64,000 nucleotides of DNA from Desulfobacterales bacterium. GTDB lineage: Bacteria; Desulfobacterota; Desulfobacteria; Desulfobacterales; SpSt-501. This document shows, one piece after another, positions 1 to 9,098 of this stretch. The stretch is from positions 8,346 to 72,345 of the forward strand of contig JAWOHH010000139.1 in the NCBI GenBank assembly GCA_046496215.1. Direction: 5' to 3'. Both the position numbers and the translations under genes were made by a program. Position 1 is the first letter of the stretch, and every line of letters begins with the position of its first letter. A model generated the notes under the pieces. The model ran no database searches, was not told the DNA's origin, and worked only from the letters and a program-made list of their open reading frames with translations.

Positions 1-204
1 TTTGCCGTCGAAGAGGATCTCCCCCCCGTCGGGCTCGATCAGCCCGATAATATGCTTCAGCAGCACACTCTTGCCCGAGCCGCTCTTGCCGATGATGGCG
101 GTGATCTCTCCCCGGTGCAGGCTCAGGTTGACCCCGTCGAGCACCCGCTGGGCCCCCAGCGATTTCGCGACATCCTGCAGTTGGATTAACGGGTGATCGG
201 CCAT
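1..204 (-). CDS. mlaF: ABC transporter ATP-binding protein MlaF/Ttg2A (5' part; runs off window)
   Basis: Hand translation MADHPLIQLQDVAKSLGAQRVLDGVNLSLHRGEITAIIGKSGSGKSVLLKHIIGL has a Walker A motif; lies directly downstream of mlaE. Confidence 0.85.
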   Translation of the reverse strand, partial: MADHPLIQLQDVAKSLGAQRVLDGVNLSLHRGEITAIIGKSGSGKSVLLKHIIGLIEPDGGEILFDGK

Positions 205-218
205 TGCCCCAACCTTTC

Positions 219-1019
219 TCAGAGCAGAAAGGTGGTCAGCACATAGTCGGTGACCAGGACCAGGACGCACGAGATGACGACCGCGCGCGTCGTGGACATG
301 CTGACCCCCTTCGCGCCGTACTCCGCACGCGTGTGTGTGTAGTAGCCTTGAAAACAGCACACGGTGAGCACCACCATGGCAAAGACGATGGACTTGACGA
401 ACCCGCCCAAGATGTCGCTCATCTCGACGCTCGATTGGGCGCGTGCGAAGTAAAATGTCGGGTTGAGACCGAGCAGGACCGATCCCGACAGGTATCCGCC
501 GTAAAGCCCGACGACATCGAAGAGCGCCGTGAGCAGGGGAAAGCAGATCAGGGCGGCGGCGATGCGGGGGCTGATGAGAAAGCGCATCGGGTTGATATCC
601 ATGGTTTCCAGCGCGTCGATCTGCTCCGAAACCCGCATGATGCCTATTTCCGCCGCCATGGAGGAGCCGGCCCGGGCGATCACCATGATGGCGGTGAGCA
701 CCGGTCCCATTTCGCGCACCAGGGAAAGGGCCACGGCGGAGCCGAGCGCGGCGGTAGATCCGTACTTCACCAATGCGTAATAGCCCTGCAGGCCGAGCAC
801 CAGCCCGGTGAAGGCGGCGGTCAGGCAGATGACGAAGACGGACTTCATGCCGATGAAGTAGATCTGTTGTCGTATTTTATCGAACTGGAACGGCGGCTGG
901 AAGATCAGTAGGAACCCCTGCATGAAGAAAAGGAACATTCGGCCCATGAGCCGGATGAAGTCCAGCACCTCCCGCCCCACGGCGGCGATCGGTGATCTCA
1001 GAGTGACAAGTGCGGCCAT
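219..1019 (-). CDS. mlaE: MlaE family lipid ABC transporter permease
   Basis: REMGPVLTAIMVIARAGSSMAAEIG..SEQIDALE and AKGV..STTRAVV signatures; start MAAL chosen inside the longer ORF. Confidence 0.92.
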   Translation of the reverse strand: MAALVTLRSPIAAVGREVLDFIRLMGRMFLFFMQGFLLIFQPPFQFDKIRQQIYFIGMKSVFVICLTAAFTGLVLGLQGYYALVKYGSTAALGSAVALSLVREMGPVLTAIMVIARAGSSMAAEIGIMRVSEQIDALETMDINPMRFLISPRIAAALICFPLLTALFDVVGLYGGYLSGSVLLGLNPTFYFARAQSSVEMSDILGGFVKSIVFAMVVLTVCCFQGYYTHTRAEYGAKGVSMSTTRAVVISCVLVLVTDYVLTTFLL

Positions 1020-1218
1020 CGGTGATAGAGGGGTCCCGATCCGGGCGATGGGACGCATCCCATTACGCTCGGAAAGTTGATGCGTTCGTTCAGATCCGCC
1101 AATGTTACGGAATATATCAAGCTGATATCTATAGATTGAGTCCCATGGCAAAGTCAAGACGTGAAACCGCCCCCCCGCTGACCCCGGAGGCGGTTTTAGC
1201 GTTGCAGAGACCCCCGAC

Positions 1219-3096
1219 ATGATCCGTGCCGAAAACCTCAGCAAGAGCTATGGCGGTCGGACCCTTTTCGACCAGATGTCCTTCACCCTCAACCCCCGGG
1301 AGCGGTTGGGCCTTGTCGGGCGCAACGGCCACGGCAAGACCACCCTTTTTCGGTTGATCAGCGCAGAGGAGCATCCGGACTCGGGCGCTGTCATCATCCC
1401 CAAGAACTACCGCATCGGTCATGTCCGCCAAACGATCGAATTCACACGTGAATCGATACTAGACGAAGCCGTCTCCGCGCTCCCCCCCCACGCCCGCGAC
1501 CAGGTGTGGAAGGCCGAAAAGATCCTGGCCGGCCTGGGCTTCGCCAAGACGGACATGGACCGTTCGCCGGCCGAGTTCTCAGGGGGCTATCAGGTACGCC
1601 TCAACCTCGCCAAGGTACTCGTGTCCGAGCCCGACCTGCTCCTGCTCGACGAGCCCACCAACTTCCTGGACATCACCTCCATCCGCTGGGTCGAACGCTT
1701 CCTGGTGGCCTGGCCGCGGGAACTGATGGTCATCACCCACGACCGCAGCTTCATGGACCGGGTGGTCACCCACGTGATGGGCATCCACCGCCAGAAGGCG
1801 CGCAAGATCGCCGGCGCCACCGATGCCTACTATGGCCAGATCGCCCTGGATGAGGAGGTCTACGAAAAGACCCGTCTCAACGACGAGCGCCGCCGCAAAG
1901 AGGTGGAGCTTTTCATCACCCGCTTCCGGGCCAAGGCGCGCCTGGCCGGCCTGGTTCAGTCCCGCGTCAAGACCCTGCAGAAAATGCAGAAGAGAGACAA
2001 GCTCGAGCAGCTGAAAGAGCTCGAGTTTTCCTTCCGCGAAAAGCCGCTGCCCGGCAAGTCCGCCCTTCAGGCGAAAAACATCGGCTTTGCCTACGCCCCG
2101 GACCCGCCGCTGTTCACGGATTTGTCGATTACCGTCCTGGCCGGGGAGCGCATCGGCATCGTCGGGCCCAACGGCAAGGGGAAAACCACCCTGCTCAAAA
2201 TCCTGGCCGGCGCGCTTGCGCCGCAGACCGGGGAGGTGCTCTACCACCCGGCCGTCGACAGGGGCTTTTTCGAGCAGACCAACGTGAGCCATCTCATCCC
2301 CAACCGCACCGTCGAGGAGGAGATCCTCTATTCCGACGCCGGTGTGGACCGCCAGCAGGCCCGCGACATCTGCGGAGCCATGCTGTTTTCAGGCGACGAG
2401 GCCCTGAAAAAGATCGCCGTGCTCTCCGGAGGGGAGAAGAGCCGAGTCCTGCTGGGGAAAATCATCGCCACCCCCGTGAACCTGCTGCTCCTGGACGAGC
2501 CCACCAACCACCTCGACATGGAATCCTGCGATGCGCTGCTCTCCGCCCTCGACGCCTTCAAGGGCACCCTGGTGCTGGTCACCCACAACGAGATGTTTCT
2601 GCAGGCGCTGGCCGAGCGGCTGATCGTGTTCCGGGAAACCGGGGTGGAGCTTTTTGACGGCAGCTACCAGGACTTCCTCGACAAGGGTGGGTGGCAGGAC
2701 GAAAAGCAGGCATCAGCGGCGGAAGCGGACGCCGCCGGCGCACCGGCCGAAAATCTCAAGGCCGCGCGCAAGGAGCTGCGCCGGCGGCGCTCGGAGATCG
2801 CCGCTAGGCGCACGCGGAAGCTCAAGCCGCTGGAGGAGGAGATGAAGCGCCTGGAAAGGGAGATCGAGCGCCGGGATGCCGAAACCGCCACGCTTTCCCA
2901 GGCCATGCAGGCTGCTTCCGAAAACCGCGAGGGGGCCGTGATCGCCGACATCGCCCAGCGCCTGCACGCCGGCCAGAAGGAGGTCGACCGGCTCTTCGAC
3001 GCGCTCGACCGCGCCACCCGGGAGCATGAAGGGTTGTCCGCCGGATTCGACCAGGAACTGGCGGAGCTGGAGGCGGAGGCGGGCGGCATCGTATGA
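1219..3096 (+). CDS. ABC-F family ATPase (ribosome-associated)
   Basis: Two ABC domains (GRNGHGKT/FSGG/LLLDEPTN; GPNGKGKT/LSGGEK/LLLDEPTNHLD), no TM segments, C-terminal coiled coil. Confidence 0.93.
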   Translation: MIRAENLSKSYGGRTLFDQMSFTLNPRERLGLVGRNGHGKTTLFRLISAEEHPDSGAVIIPKNYRIGHVRQTIEFTRESILDEAVSALPPHARDQVWKAEKILAGLGFAKTDMDRSPAEFSGGYQVRLNLAKVLVSEPDLLLLDEPTNFLDITSIRWVERFLVAWPRELMVITHDRSFMDRVVTHVMGIHRQKARKIAGATDAYYGQIALDEEVYEKTRLNDERRRKEVELFITRFRAKARLAGLVQSRVKTLQKMQKRDKLEQLKELEFSFREKPLPGKSALQAKNIGFAYAPDPPLFTDLSITVLAGERIGIVGPNGKGKTTLLKILAGALAPQTGEVLYHPAVDRGFFEQTNVSHLIPNRTVEEEILYSDAGVDRQQARDICGAMLFSGDEALKKIAVLSGGEKSRVLLGKIIATPVNLLLLDEPTNHLDMESCDALLSALDAFKGTLVLVTHNEMFLQALAERLIVFRETGVELFDGSYQDFLDKGGWQDEKQASAAEADAAGAPAENLKAARKELRRRRSEIAARRTRKLKPLEEEMKRLEREIERRDAETATLSQAMQAASENREGAVIADIAQRLHAGQKEVDRLFDALDRATREHEGLSAGFDQELAELEAEAGGIV

Positions 3097-3199
3097 CCGT
3101 CAGGTCCGGCTGGACCGGATCGCTTGAAGTGATCTTCGCAAGAAGATGAGTATCTCCGATTGATGGCTGGCATGGATGGGGATTGGATAGGAGGCAAAT

Positions 3200-3346
3200 A
3201 TGGCGAAGTCGGAAATCGTCTTTCAGCTCAAGGCCACCCTTCTTGGGAGCAGACCGCCGATTTGGCGCCGAGTGTTGGTTCCGAGCGACCTCACGCTGTT
3301 TAAGTTTCATGCAGATGACACACTTCCCGTGCTATATTTACGCTAA
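3200..3346 (+). pseudogene. Truncated pRiA4b ORF-3-like (IS1096 passenger TnpR-like) gene
   Basis: AGGAGG RBS then MAKSEIVFQLKATLLGSRPPIWRRVLVPSDLTLFKFH, the recalled N-terminal motif of this family; stops after 48 aa; not in the ORF track. Confidence 0.7.
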
Positions 3347-3458
3347 TGCAGTCCACCACCTTACTCGGCCTTCATCTTTTCCACGACGGCATAGTTGCCG
3401 AGCATCTTGAGGCCCGGGTCGGGTTTGATCTCGACCTTGTCCTTATTGGGTGATAGCC

Positions 3459-3905
3459 ATGAAGTCAATTAGCCACACCAAAGCGTTTACAATGTTTGTT
3501 CCTATCGCTAAGCTGTTTCCATTGTTCACTCCTGAAGGCGAAAAGGAATGGGTTCCAGGTTGGGATTACGAGAATGTGATGGGAACATCAGATCTGTCTG
3601 AGGATTATGTATTCTTGACAAAAAAACATGATCATGGAAGTTCAAATGCAATTTGGATCGTAAAGAAATATGACTCCACCTCCCATTTCGTACAATATTA
3701 CAAGATTGAACCGAAAACCAAAATTGGTATAATTTCAGTCAAGTGTGTAGAACTTGGAACAGCCAAAACGGAAATTCAGGGCACATACAAATATCTTTCT
3801 CTATCAAAAAATGGAGAAGTGTTTGTTTCTAAATTCAGTGAAAAGGTATACAAAGAATTTATCGGTGAATGGCAAAAATTGTTAGTGAATTATTTTAATA
3901 ACTGA
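3459..3905 (+). CDS. Hypothetical protein, possibly SRPBCC/START-like fold; probable gene cassette
   Basis: AT-rich ORF with LFPLFTPEGEKEWVPGW motif; followed immediately by an attC-like remnant. Confidence 0.65.
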   Translation: MKSISHTKAFTMFVPIAKLFPLFTPEGEKEWVPGWDYENVMGTSDLSEDYVFLTKKHDHGSSNAIWIVKKYDSTSHFVQYYKIEPKTKIGIISVKCVELGTAKTEIQGTYKYLSLSKNGEVFVSKFSEKVYKEFIGEWQKLLVNYFNN

Positions 3906-3906
3906 C

Positions 3907-3942
3907 GGTTAATAATCGCATCGACTCGATCTAGCGTTAGAT
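3907..3942 (+). mobile_element. Collapsed/degenerate attC-like site
   Basis: GGTTAAT-AATCG-CATCGACTCG directly after the stop, ending in GCGTTAGAT (GTTRRRY); central arms missing. Confidence 0.35.
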
Positions 3943-4131
3943 AGTTGGTTACTATTTGATATATTGTTGGACATTCTGAAATGCCATCCGACATATCTGC
4001 AAGGTGCTACTTATTGTAATATTGTGTCATATCGAAATCTCAAGAAAACATGTATAACCAACGAAAAAAAACATACAACAGGATTCAACCCTAACTTCAT
4101 ATTTGTTTCAAAAACCGGGGGCAGGTCGAAT

Positions 4132-5397
4132 ATGAGGTACGAGAAGCAAGACACATCCAAGGCTGATCACAAACTTTTCGAAAAAATTTTTGCTTTAGAA
4201 AAGAGAATCCAAGAACTGGAGCACTCAGAATCCGAGCGCAAACAGGTGGAGAAGGAGGCATTGGCGAATCAATTGAAATTCCAGCAAACACTTATCGACA
4301 CCATACCCCACCCGATCTTCTTCAAAGATGTGGAGGGCCGGTTTGTTGGATGTAACCGAGCTTATGAGCGGGAATTTGGTACCACACGCGATTACATGAT
4401 CGGAAAAACAGTATTGGACCTCGATTATCTGCCGTTAGACGAGCGTCAACGCTTTCAGGAAGAGGACATGAGGGCCATTCGCGAGGTAGGCCGATATAGC
4501 TATGAACTGCCTATTGTTTATGCAGATGGGCAGATACACATGACGCTTTACTCGGTTGATGGTTTTGCCCTTGCTGACGGCAAACCTGGTGGATTGATCG
4601 GGATGCTGGTAGATATCACGGAGCGCAACCGGGCGGAACAGCTTGAGAAAGAGCGGGTAGAAGGAGAATTGCGAATTGCCTATAATATTCAGGCCAACAT
4701 GCTGCCCAAGACCTTTCCGCCTTTTCCCGAAATGGCGCATGTGAGCCTTTACGCTACGATGAAACCCGCACGGATGGTGGCTGGCGATTTTTTCGACTTT
4801 TTCGTTCTGCAAGACAAAAACCTCTGTTTTTGTATCGGCGATGTATCGGGCAAGGGGGTCCCGGCAGCGCTTTTCATGGTAAACACTATGAACGTTCTTC
4901 GGCAACAGTCTGCACGCAATTTTTCCCTCGATCAGGTATTTCACCAGGCCAACGCCGTGCTGTGCAGCGGAAACGAAGAAAGCATGTTCGTGACCTTGTT
5001 CATGGGAATCCTTAATACGAAGACTGGGCATTTGGAATACATCAGCGCTGGACACAATCCGCCGCTGATCTCACTTGGTAAGAGGGATTTTGAGTTTCTG
5101 AAAGTTGAGCATAGTCTTTTGATGGGTATAACCGAAGAGATCTCCTATCGCTCCTGCAAAACAGTCTTGGAGCCCGGGGACATGTTGTTTCTTTATACCG
5201 ACGGAGTTACCGAAGCGATGAATGCCGACCAAGAGTTGTTCGGAAATGATCGCACAATCTACGCATTAAACGATCTAAAGGGAAAACCTGTCCGAAAGGT
5301 GATCCAGGGCATGCGCGAGGCAATCGATGTTTTCACGGCTGGCGCTCAGGCATCGGATGATGTCGCCATGATGGCGGTGACGCTAACAACTCTTTGA
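4132..5397 (+). CDS. PAS-domain PP2C/SpoIIE (RsbU-like) serine phosphatase
   Basis: PAS (IDTIPHPIFFKD..GCNRAY) followed by VAGDFFD, IGDVSGKG, SAGHNPP, LYTDGVTEA, SDDVA. Confidence 0.9.
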   Translation: MRYEKQDTSKADHKLFEKIFALEKRIQELEHSESERKQVEKEALANQLKFQQTLIDTIPHPIFFKDVEGRFVGCNRAYEREFGTTRDYMIGKTVLDLDYLPLDERQRFQEEDMRAIREVGRYSYELPIVYADGQIHMTLYSVDGFALADGKPGGLIGMLVDITERNRAEQLEKERVEGELRIAYNIQANMLPKTFPPFPEMAHVSLYATMKPARMVAGDFFDFFVLQDKNLCFCIGDVSGKGVPAALFMVNTMNVLRQQSARNFSLDQVFHQANAVLCSGNEESMFVTLFMGILNTKTGHLEYISAGHNPPLISLGKRDFEFLKVEHSLLMGITEEISYRSCKTVLEPGDMLFLYTDGVTEAMNADQELFGNDRTIYALNDLKGKPVRKVIQGMREAIDVFTAGAQASDDVAMMAVTLTTL

Positions 5398-5498
5398 TCA
5401 ATCTAAGCGCTTAACTCTCTGTTATACTGCAAAAAGTCATTCAAGGGGTTTTATAAAGAAACCATCTAATCATTGTTGTGCCCACTGACCACTGAGAT

Positions 5499-5975
5499 AT
5501 GGAAAACATCAAAACAGAAATTAGAAACGCAATAACAACACTTGGGGATTCCACTATTGTTTGTCGTGAGCTGCCGGAATCCCAGGGTGAGGAAGTCTTT
5601 CGGGAAGCCTTGGCGCATTTCGTTGCATCAGGAGACTGCAGGTGGTGGTGGGAGGACTTCCGGAAACCCAGCACAGCAATCAAGCTGCAAGATGCTTTCC
5701 GTATCCTTCCATCACTGGTTCCAGATAAAGCTGAACTTGTATGGTTTATTGCCGAAGACGACCAACTCCCTTTTTTTCCCGTTTTCGAGTCCAACGTGCA
5801 ATCAGTATCTCAAATTGTTGGCGAGTGCTATGGATTCGAATACTACATTGTGCAAAAGCAATTTGAGTGGCTTCTCTGCGAGAACCACCATGACACACTG
5901 TTCGGGATTGGCAAAGTCGTTGAAGTGAGAATCAAGGAATTGGCGGCACAACAATCGGCTGCAGGCGACGCATAA
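5499..5975 (+). CDS. Cassette-borne hypothetical protein (DUF6756-like, possible immunity protein)
   Basis: 158 aa ORF with WWWEDF and WLLCENHHD motifs; its C-terminus runs into the attC. Confidence 0.7.
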   Translation: MENIKTEIRNAITTLGDSTIVCRELPESQGEEVFREALAHFVASGDCRWWWEDFRKPSTAIKLQDAFRILPSLVPDKAELVWFIAEDDQLPFFPVFESNVQSVSQIVGECYGFEYYIVQKQFEWLLCENHHDTLFGIGKVVEVRIKELAAQQSAAGDA

Positions 5976-6005
5976 AAGCCGCGCGGCTGAGCCAAAACGT
6001 TTTAG
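5946..6005 (+). mobile_element. Integron attC recombination site
   Basis: R'' GCACAAC, 5-nt spacer, L'' GCTGCAG ... L' CTGAGC (one extrahelical base), 6-nt spacer, R' GTTTTAG; R'' is the exact reverse complement of GTTGTGC at 5475-5481 (cassette start). Confidence 0.8.
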
Positions 6006-6167
6006 ATATTACAGTAAACTCGCCTTCCAAGAAAGCTGTTATACTGACAGCCTGTACGTCTCTGGGTCAGTTTCTGGTTGGGGAGAGTAAAATCAGGCAA
6101 CATTTGCCGAGCGAATTTGAGTTGCGAGCTTGTGACGAGCTTCAACCGGTCGACCTAAGACGCTGCT

Positions 6168-7433
6168 TCAAGGAATCCTCTTGCGAGAGAGGCCCCAGTA
6201 GAGAAGCCCGGCCGCGACCATCGATGGGATGGAGCCGCCGACCGGCAGCTTCAGTAAAGCGATCGCCTGATAAACAGCAAACCCCACCGCCCACGCCGCG
6301 AGCGCAACGGGGTTGACCCCGCGCCGGTACCAATAGAGCCCCCCCTCCCGGTAGAGCTCGCCCGCATCCAGCTTCCGCCCTCTCAGGACAAAATAATCGG
6401 TCAGCACCACCCCGAAGAGCGGGATAAACATGGCCCCGATAAAGAAGAGGAAGTTCTCGTACTGCTCCATCGGGAAGACCAGCGCCACCAGGATCGAGAG
6501 GGCGCCGGCCAGCCCCATGACCGTGCGTGCGCTCAGCCTGCGGGAGATGTTGAGCATGGAGCAGGTGGCCGAATAGACGTCGGGGAAATCGGAGGTGATG
6601 GTGGAGAGCACGACCATCGCCAGGGCGGGGACCGCCCAGCCGACCCGCCCCATGGTTTCCAGGACCACCTGGCCCGGGTCCGCAGCGCCGGTCAGAAGCG
6701 TCACCTGCAGGCCCAGGACGTACATCCAGGAGGAGACGATGAAATAACCCCACCATGTGTTCCAAAAAGCGCTGCGCGTGCTGCGGGCGGAGCGCGCGTA
6801 GTCCGCCACCAGCGGCATCCATGAGATCGGCATGGCGATGACAAGGTCCAGGGCCGTCATGAAGGCCAGCGGCGCGGCGGCCGGCTTGTCGTGCGCCGGC
6901 ACGAGGCCGGTGAACGCAATCCAGGTCATCAGGGCGATGACGGCCAAAAGGGCCAACACCGAGACGGTTTGCAACAGCTTCCAGACGGCTTTGCCCGTCC
7001 ACAGGGCCCAGAGCAGCGTCACGAGGCCGATGGCCACCACCCAGAACCCGTCCATTGCCAGCAGGCCGCCCGCGGGCGCCCCCAGCATAGCACCGGCGCG
7101 GCCGCCGATGATCAGCATGATGGCGGCCCAGCCGATGAGCTGCACGATGTTGAGCACCGCGGCGAAGTTCGACCCGCGAATCCCAAAGGCCGGCCGGATC
7201 GAGACCATCGACATGATTCCGTGCTCGGAGCCGATGATTCCACCGAGCCCCATGAGGGTGTTGCCGATGAAATGCCCCAGTAGAATGGCCCAGAGCCCGG
7301 CCCAGAAACCCAGCGGCGCCAGAAATCCGCCGGCCCAGATCTCGGCCAGCGAGATGGCCACCCCGGCCCAGAGCCAGAAAAAATCCCGGCCGCCCAAGTT
7401 GCGCTCTGCTGCCGTTACCGGTTTTATATCCAT
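6168..7433 (-). CDS. cytX: NCS1-family putative hydroxymethylpyrimidine transporter CytX
   Basis: Multi-TM protein with LWAGVAISLAEI and MPISWMPLVADY motifs; TPP riboswitch upstream. Confidence 0.85.
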   Translation of the reverse strand: MDIKPVTAAERNLGGRDFFWLWAGVAISLAEIWAGGFLAPLGFWAGLWAILLGHFIGNTLMGLGGIIGSEHGIMSMVSIRPAFGIRGSNFAAVLNIVQLIGWAAIMLIIGGRAGAMLGAPAGGLLAMDGFWVVAIGLVTLLWALWTGKAVWKLLQTVSVLALLAVIALMTWIAFTGLVPAHDKPAAAPLAFMTALDLVIAMPISWMPLVADYARSARSTRSAFWNTWWGYFIVSSWMYVLGLQVTLLTGAADPGQVVLETMGRVGWAVPALAMVVLSTITSDFPDVYSATCSMLNISRRLSARTVMGLAGALSILVALVFPMEQYENFLFFIGAMFIPLFGVVLTDYFVLRGRKLDAGELYREGGLYWYRRGVNPVALAAWAVGFAVYQAIALLKLPVGGSIPSMVAAGLLYWGLSRKRIP

Positions 7434-7445
7434 TTACCCCCCCCC

Positions 7446-7484
7446 AAAAAAAAATCGTTCCCCACGAGGGAAACGATTTTTTTT
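7446..7484 (-). terminator. Intrinsic terminator in the riboswitch expression platform
   Basis: Minus strand TCGTTTCCC-TCGT-GGGGAACGA followed by T9. Confidence 0.8.
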
Positions 7485-7499
7485 GCGCCTGCCGGCGCC

Positions 7500-7590
<91 letters not shown>

Positions 7591-7687
7591 CAATTTTTGC
7601 AAATGTCTTTTTATCGATTAGAGCCCGAAGCCTGTCAAGAAAAAAGATCGGCAGACGGCACCGGCCCAGCCCTCGTTGTTCCTCTTT

Positions 7688-9037
7688 TTACACCACCCCC
7701 TGATCCATCATGGCATCGACCACCTTGAGGAAACCGGCGATGTTGGCGCCGGCCACATAGTTGCCCGGCTGCCCGTAGGCCGCCGCGGCGTCCAGGGCGG
7801 ACTGGTGGATGCTTTTCATGATCATCTTGAGCCGCTGATCGACCTCCTCCCGGGTCCACGAGAGCCGCATGCTGTTCTGGGTCATCTCCAGCCCGGAGAC
7901 CGACACCCCGCCGGCGTTGGCCGCCTTGCCCGGCCCGTAGAGCAACTTGTTCTCCAGGAAGATGTGGACCCCGTCGGGGTCGGTGGGCATGTTGGCGCCT
8001 TCGCAGACCAGCTTCACGCCGTTTTTAACCAGGTTGCGCGCGTCGTTGCCGTTGATTTCATTCTGGGTGGCGCTGGGGAAGGCGCAGTCGGCCTTATGGT
8101 CCCAGAGGGGGTTGTGATCGGCCGCCGGGTCGGCGTCCTGGTATGCGGCCGTCTCGTATTTTTCCGCATACTCCTTGATCCGGCCGCGGCGCACGTTTTT
8201 CAGCTGCATCACGAAGTCCAGCTTCTCCCGCGTGATTCCCGCCTCATCGTAGATGTAGCCGGAGGAGTCGGAGAGGGTCACGGGCGTGGCGCCCATCTGC
8301 AGGAGCTTTTCAACCGTGTACTGGGCCACGTTGCCCGAGCCCGACACCAGGCACACCTTGCCTTCGAGGGTCTGGTTGCGGGTGGCCAGCATCTCGGCCG
8401 CAAAGTAGACCGAACCGTACCCGGTTGCCTCGGGCCGGATCAGGCTGCCCCCCCAGTTCAACCCCTTGCCGGTGAAAACGCCTGAAAACTCGTTTCGCAG
8501 CTTCTTGAACATTCCGAAAAGAAACCCGATCTCCCGGGCCCCGACCCCGATGTCGCCGGCGGGCACGTCCGTGTCGGCACCGATGTGGCGGAACAGCTCG
8601 ATCATGAAGTTGTGGCAAAAATGCATGACCTCGTTGTCGGACTTGCCCTTGGGGTTGAAATCCGACCCCCCCTTTCCGCCGCCCATGGGCAGGGTGGTCA
8701 GGGCGTTCTTGAAAACCTGTTCGAAGGCCAAAAACTTCAGGATCCCCAGGTTTACCGACGGATGGAAACGCAGCCCGCCTTTGTAAGGCCCGATGGCGCC
8801 GTTCATCTGGATCCGGAACCCCCGGTTGACCTGGATGGTGCCCTGGTCGTCCACCCAGGGCACCCGGAAGAGGATCACCCGCTCCGGCTCCACCAGGCGT
8901 TCAGGTATCTTTGCCTTGCGATAAATCGGGTTGCGGTCCAGCACCGGCTTGACCGACTCCATCACTTCGCTCACCGCCTGGTGAAACTCCCGCTCCTGCG
9001 GGTCGCGGTTTTTCACGTATTCCATGATCTCGGACAT
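7688..9037 (-). CDS. gdhA: NADP-specific glutamate dehydrogenase
   Basis: GPYKGGLRFHPSV, MGGGKGGSDF, DVPAGDIGVG, GSGNVAQY, EGANMP motifs. Confidence 0.95.
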   Translation of the reverse strand: MSEIMEYVKNRDPQEREFHQAVSEVMESVKPVLDRNPIYRKAKIPERLVEPERVILFRVPWVDDQGTIQVNRGFRIQMNGAIGPYKGGLRFHPSVNLGILKFLAFEQVFKNALTTLPMGGGKGGSDFNPKGKSDNEVMHFCHNFMIELFRHIGADTDVPAGDIGVGAREIGFLFGMFKKLRNEFSGVFTGKGLNWGGSLIRPEATGYGSVYFAAEMLATRNQTLEGKVCLVSGSGNVAQYTVEKLLQMGATPVTLSDSSGYIYDEAGITREKLDFVMQLKNVRRGRIKEYAEKYETAAYQDADPAADHNPLWDHKADCAFPSATQNEINGNDARNLVKNGVKLVCEGANMPTDPDGVHIFLENKLLYGPGKAANAGGVSVSGLEMTQNSMRLSWTREEVDQRLKMIMKSIHQSALDAAAAYGQPGNYVAGANIAGFLKVVDAMMDQGVV

Positions 9038-9098
9038 GACGGCTCCTCCTCGTGTTGTCGGTTGGCAGGTCGTGAAGCGTATAATTCCGAAACAGTGG

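Noticed and set aside
6036-6050. CTGT-N7-ACAG as a LexA box
   Set aside because: Spacer is 7 rather than 8 nt and there is no SOS-type gene downstream.
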